From: Octopus vulgaris
Lineage: Eukaryota
Direction: 5' to 3'
Length of the DNA: 64,000 nt
Assembly (NCBI GenBank): GCA_951406725.2
Contig: OX597814.1
Span: 23,436,001 to 23,500,000 of the forward strand
The notes under the pieces: generated by a model
What the model saw: only the letters and a program-made list of their open reading frames with translations
Database searches by the model: none
What the model was told of the DNA's origin: nothing
In this document: piece after piece, positions 61,760-64,000 of the stretch
Layout: each line of letters starts with the position of its first letter
Numbering within the stretch: position 1 is the stretch's first letter
Translations under genes and position numbers: made by a program

Positions 61760-64000
61760 ACGATTCCTTTGGTTGTACTTATTTTCAGCATGCAGTATCA
61801 ACTTACCTTTAGTTCTAGTTCTGCTGAGTTACACATGAGAGAAATCTCATGATCTTATGATTTGTAAATGGCCACTGCAAATACCAGAACAACAGGAAAT
61901 CGTTGTCTGTTTAAACTACAACAAAGACTGATATCATTGAGTGTTAAATTTAATCTTGAGATGAATATCTCCATCCATTTCTTAACAACAGTCAATATTT
62001 GTCCATAAATGCTATCACAAAGAGATTTTATCAAAACCTGTGCCCAATTAAACAGTCCAAGTCTTGACTCTAAATTGCATAATTTCATAATAATCATACC
62101 ATCCTTTACTATCAAGGCATGTAACATTTCCAAGAGAGTCAATGTATTCTAGGCCTCAACTGGATAATCCATTATCACTCCATTGTGGCATCATTGACTG
62201 AAAGTAATGCAAGAATGTTGTTATTGACTTTCAAAGCATCTACATGTTTTAGGAGTTCAGTTTATCTTTTATGATACACCTTCAGCTGATTCTTCACCTG
62301 AGACATCTATTGAATCTCCAAATATGTTTCTGATAAAACCTCTTTAACCTGATATTAATTCATGAGGTATATCTATTAGATCTTCTTACATTCCCCATTT
62401 GTGTATCAGTGTACCATTTCTAAGCCAAGAAGTTATCTATTAAACTCTTCTTGTCTGTGATTCTCATATTTCTGTTAGGCTTAGAAATTTTACATTAGGC
62501 CAGAGATAAGCTGATTTAACACAATTTTCTACACCAGCAACAAGAGAAATTTTTAGTATCACAAGAGTTGCTTCGTGAAAGCTTTCTGGCAACAGAATAA
62601 TTTTTCCACCAACTTGCAAGGGTCTGCTACGACGAATACCTTGCTTTAAAAGCACATCAATGATTTTCTTTAGTCTAAGATTATTATATTATGGAAATTG
62701 TAGCTGTGATACCAGTGCCAGTGGCACATAAGAAAACCGTCCGAACATGGCCATTGCCAGCGCCGCCCTGACTGGCCTCTGTGCTGGTGGCACGTAAAAA
62801 GCACCATCCAATTGTGGCCGTTGCCAGCCTCGTCTGGCCCCCGTGCTGGTGGCACATAAAAAACACCATCCGATCGTGGCCGTTTGCCACCCTCGTCTGG
62901 TACCTGTGCATGTGGCACGTGAAAAGCACCCACTAGACTCACAGAGTGGTTAGCGTTAGGAAGGGCATCCAGCTGTAGAAACACTGCCAAATCAGACTAG
63001 GCCTGGCGCAGCCAACTGGCTCCCCAGACCCCAGCCTACTGGCTCCCCAGACCCCAGTTGAACCATCCAACCCATGCTAGCATAGAAAACAGACGTTAAA
63101 CGATGTTGATGATGATGATGAGTGTAGACTAGTTACTCCATAATTGCCCAGAATATCTAAAAAGAAAACTGTGTTGCATTGCTGAGTATACAAATGAAGA
63201 AAATATATGTTGAAGTACCTGAGGTTGCATTTTCATAAAATTTCTTAAACACTTGTTAAGATGTTGAAGAATGTCAATTTCCGCATTTTCATTTATTTCA
63301 TTACAGGGTAAAATATTTAAAGAAGAACATTGTTGCAACAACTTAATTCATGTACTGACAAAGTCAACTCTTTATCTCTGTGTTTCTTAAATAGCTACAA
63401 CTCTTGGATTGTTTCTGACACAGTCTTCCATCATTTGGTCAATTGAACTAATGATGCTTCTGTCATGCATCTCCTCCATTTGTCATCATTTTCGAGCAGA
63501 TTTCATTGTTTTGTAGCTCCTTTATGGGTGTTGTAGAACACACCATCAACGGTTTGTAGGTTGTCAAAAATGTAAACTCCCGTATAATGAAGTAACATTA
63601 CACCTGAAATAGAATCTTTCACTACCTTTAGAGTTCATAGAATTTGGAAATTGCTTTTCTCTTTCTTTCAAATATGGCTACACTATATTCATTTTTATTT
63701 TTTGTTATAGAATACAAATTGATAGGGAACATAGAAGTAATATAGTTCTTTGGCATTTTCATTTGTCCATATGGGCATGAACCATATAATGAACTATGTG
63801 GCTTTCTTTGAGCCACATTGAAAGCCTGTGTCCCACCCACTTCATAAAAATACTCTGTCATTCACTGTCCCCTTTATCCCTTTCACCCATGCTTTTATTT
63901 TATTCACTCATGCTTTATGTGCCCATGGCCATATTAGCCATTTCATATTTCCTCCCTCGCAGTAGCCAGTGAAATGGTAAAAGCACACTGTAACTATGTT
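61760..64000 (-). pseudogene. Decayed autonomous Helitron (RepHel; Rep-helicase linker and Pif1 helicase), interrupted by an RTE tail
   Basis: ORFs 61855-62142 (IIMKLCNL..RLGLFN...FISRLNL...RQRFPVVLVFAVAIYKS) and 62464-62655 (VGGKIILL..SFHE...CVKSAYLWPNV..LSLTE), plus ERFY...DGVFYNT...NLLENDDKWRRCMTEA near 63450-63620. Confidence 0.85.
62695..63122 (+). mobile_element. RTE 3'UTR with tandem ~60-bp units and (GAT)n tail, inserted in the Helitron
   Basis: Units GTGGCAC(A/G)TAAAAAGCACCATCC...GTTGCCAG; GTTAGGAAGGGCATCCAGCTGTAGAAAC...GACGTTAAACGATG. Confidence 0.9.

Noticed and set aside
62710-62930. CRISPR-like repeat/spacer appearance of the ~60-bp units
   Set aside because: The 'spacers' are homologous to each other, the array is part of an RTE 3'UTR, the DNA is eukaryotic and no cas genes are present.

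Overview
AT-rich, microsatellite-dense eukaryotic DNA, almost entirely intronic or intergenic. The tRNA-derived SINE families, RTE 3' ends and repeat style strongly suggest an Octopus (coleoid cephalopod) genome; this is inferred from repeat recognition, not from a search. No intact host protein-coding gene can be supported, and most listed ORFs are microsatellite read-throughs. The window is a transposon graveyard: a frameshifted Penelope-like element (RT + GIY-YIG, Naiad-like; ~4.5-7.7 kb, minus), many RTE fragments, two R4/Dong-like fragments next to (TAA)n, two non-autonomous Helitrons, two decayed Helitron RepHel remnants, a Tc1/mariner remnant, a hAT MITE and more than 20 SINE copies. 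The most interesting signal is a set of four minimal type I hammerhead ribozyme motifs in four different element architectures: (i) the Penelope terminal repeat (4542-4630, minus; G8C); (ii) inside a tRNA-headed, Pol III-type SINE (11465-11508, minus); (iii) an apparently intact motif in a 351-bp retrozyme-like unit with a 12-bp TSD and an inverted partial copy (53935-53977, plus); (iv) a degenerate motif capping a ~150-bp inverted repeat (56956-57314). Together they suggest a set of small non-autonomous, ribozyme-bearing retroelements mobilised by Penelope-like RTs.
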